NCBI RefSeq assembly: GCF_036321535.1
Contig: NC_087436.1
Coordinates: forward strand, 49,602,001 to 49,666,000
Source of the DNA: Camelus dromedarius
Taxonomy: Eukaryota
DNA: 64,000 nucleotides
Reading direction: 5' to 3'
Of the stretch, positions 63,340 to 64,000 are shown piece by piece. The translations under genes and the position numbers were made by a program. Every line of letters begins with the position of its first letter. Positions within the stretch are counted from its first letter, which is position 1. The notes under the pieces are model-generated. The model ran no database searches, was not told the origin of the DNA, and saw only the letters and a program-made list of their open reading frames with translations.

Positions 63340-63775
63340 AAAATCCTGAAGCTAAGCCAACATCCAGATTTTGTCTCCTGAAACTCCCTCCTCTCCCTGA
63401 CCCACCACACACACCCCCAAATCCTTGGTCTGCAGTGACTCTCCCTTTTCCTCTCTCCTCTCTGTCGCCATCCTCACTGCCACTGCATGGACTGGTGACC
63501 CCTTAATCATCTTTTCAAAAGATGCTCAGATACCTCTGTGAAACCTTCTTCTATCTGTTCCAGAAGAGTTAGTTGCCTCATTTGTGCTCCCAAAGTACCA
63601 TGGAAACCCTGCCATTACCATTTATCTAATTGCACTGTGGGTATCTGCTTACATCTGTTTCTCCCACTGGACTGTAACATCCTTCAGGGCATGACTGTGC
63701 CTTTGTCAACTTTGTATCACTGGTGTCCAACCTAGTACCTAGACACTCGATAATGTTTGATAAATGAATGAATCA
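63340..63775 (+). mobile_element. L2 3' end
   Basis: tctgtttctcccactggactgtaacatccttcagggca...taatgtttgataaatgaatgaat. Confidence 0.8.
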
Positions 63776-64000
63776 AGAGCTGGATAAAAGAGAGGAAAGC
63801 AGAGAGTAGCATAAAAGAATTAGAGCTAGCATATAAAGGGCAGCATAAAAGGCTGTCTGCTGTCCTACTGTCCCTCCCCACACCCCCTGGGGGAGGTGGT
63901 AGGCAGTATCAACGTGGACAATGTGAGGCAGCTTTGAAGAGGAAGCTGGAACTGGTCAACAGGATGCAATAAAGCAAGTAAAATCACTGATCTGGTGGAC

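Noticed and set aside
1..64000. CRISPR array, operon, prokaryotic defence system, CpG-island promoter or intact retrovirus
   Set aside because: The DNA is mammalian; no repeat-spacer array, long ORF, CpG island or intact gag/pol/env is visible

Overview
Mammalian non-coding DNA (intergenic or deep intronic), AT-rich and CpG-depleted with no CpG island. I recognise no host protein-coding exon; every ORF with a recognisable product is a transposon remnant (L1 ORF2 C-terminus, ERVL pro/pol). Much of the window is layered interspersed repeats: L1 of several ages, L2, CR1/L3, MIR, MaLR/ERVL/ERV1 LTRs and hAT/Tigger MITEs. Three tRNA-Ala-derived SINEs of Vic-1 type, cetartiodactyl-type L1 3' ends and no recognisable Alu, B1, Bov or PRE-1 SINEs point to a camelid genome (inference). 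The best-supported unusual object is a tailless retropseudogene of the 5' half of tRNA-Gly(TCC), bounded by a perfect 17-bp target-site duplication (11167-11239). Other leads are a run of five short hairpins (27443-27575), a ~30-bp-periodic motif array (38848-39038), a GATA cluster with locally retained CpGs (49380-49920), a perfect DR5 element and an ankyrin-like peptide. I find no support for a new multi-gene system. Repeat subfamily names come from recalled consensus sequences, and boundaries of old repeats are approximate.
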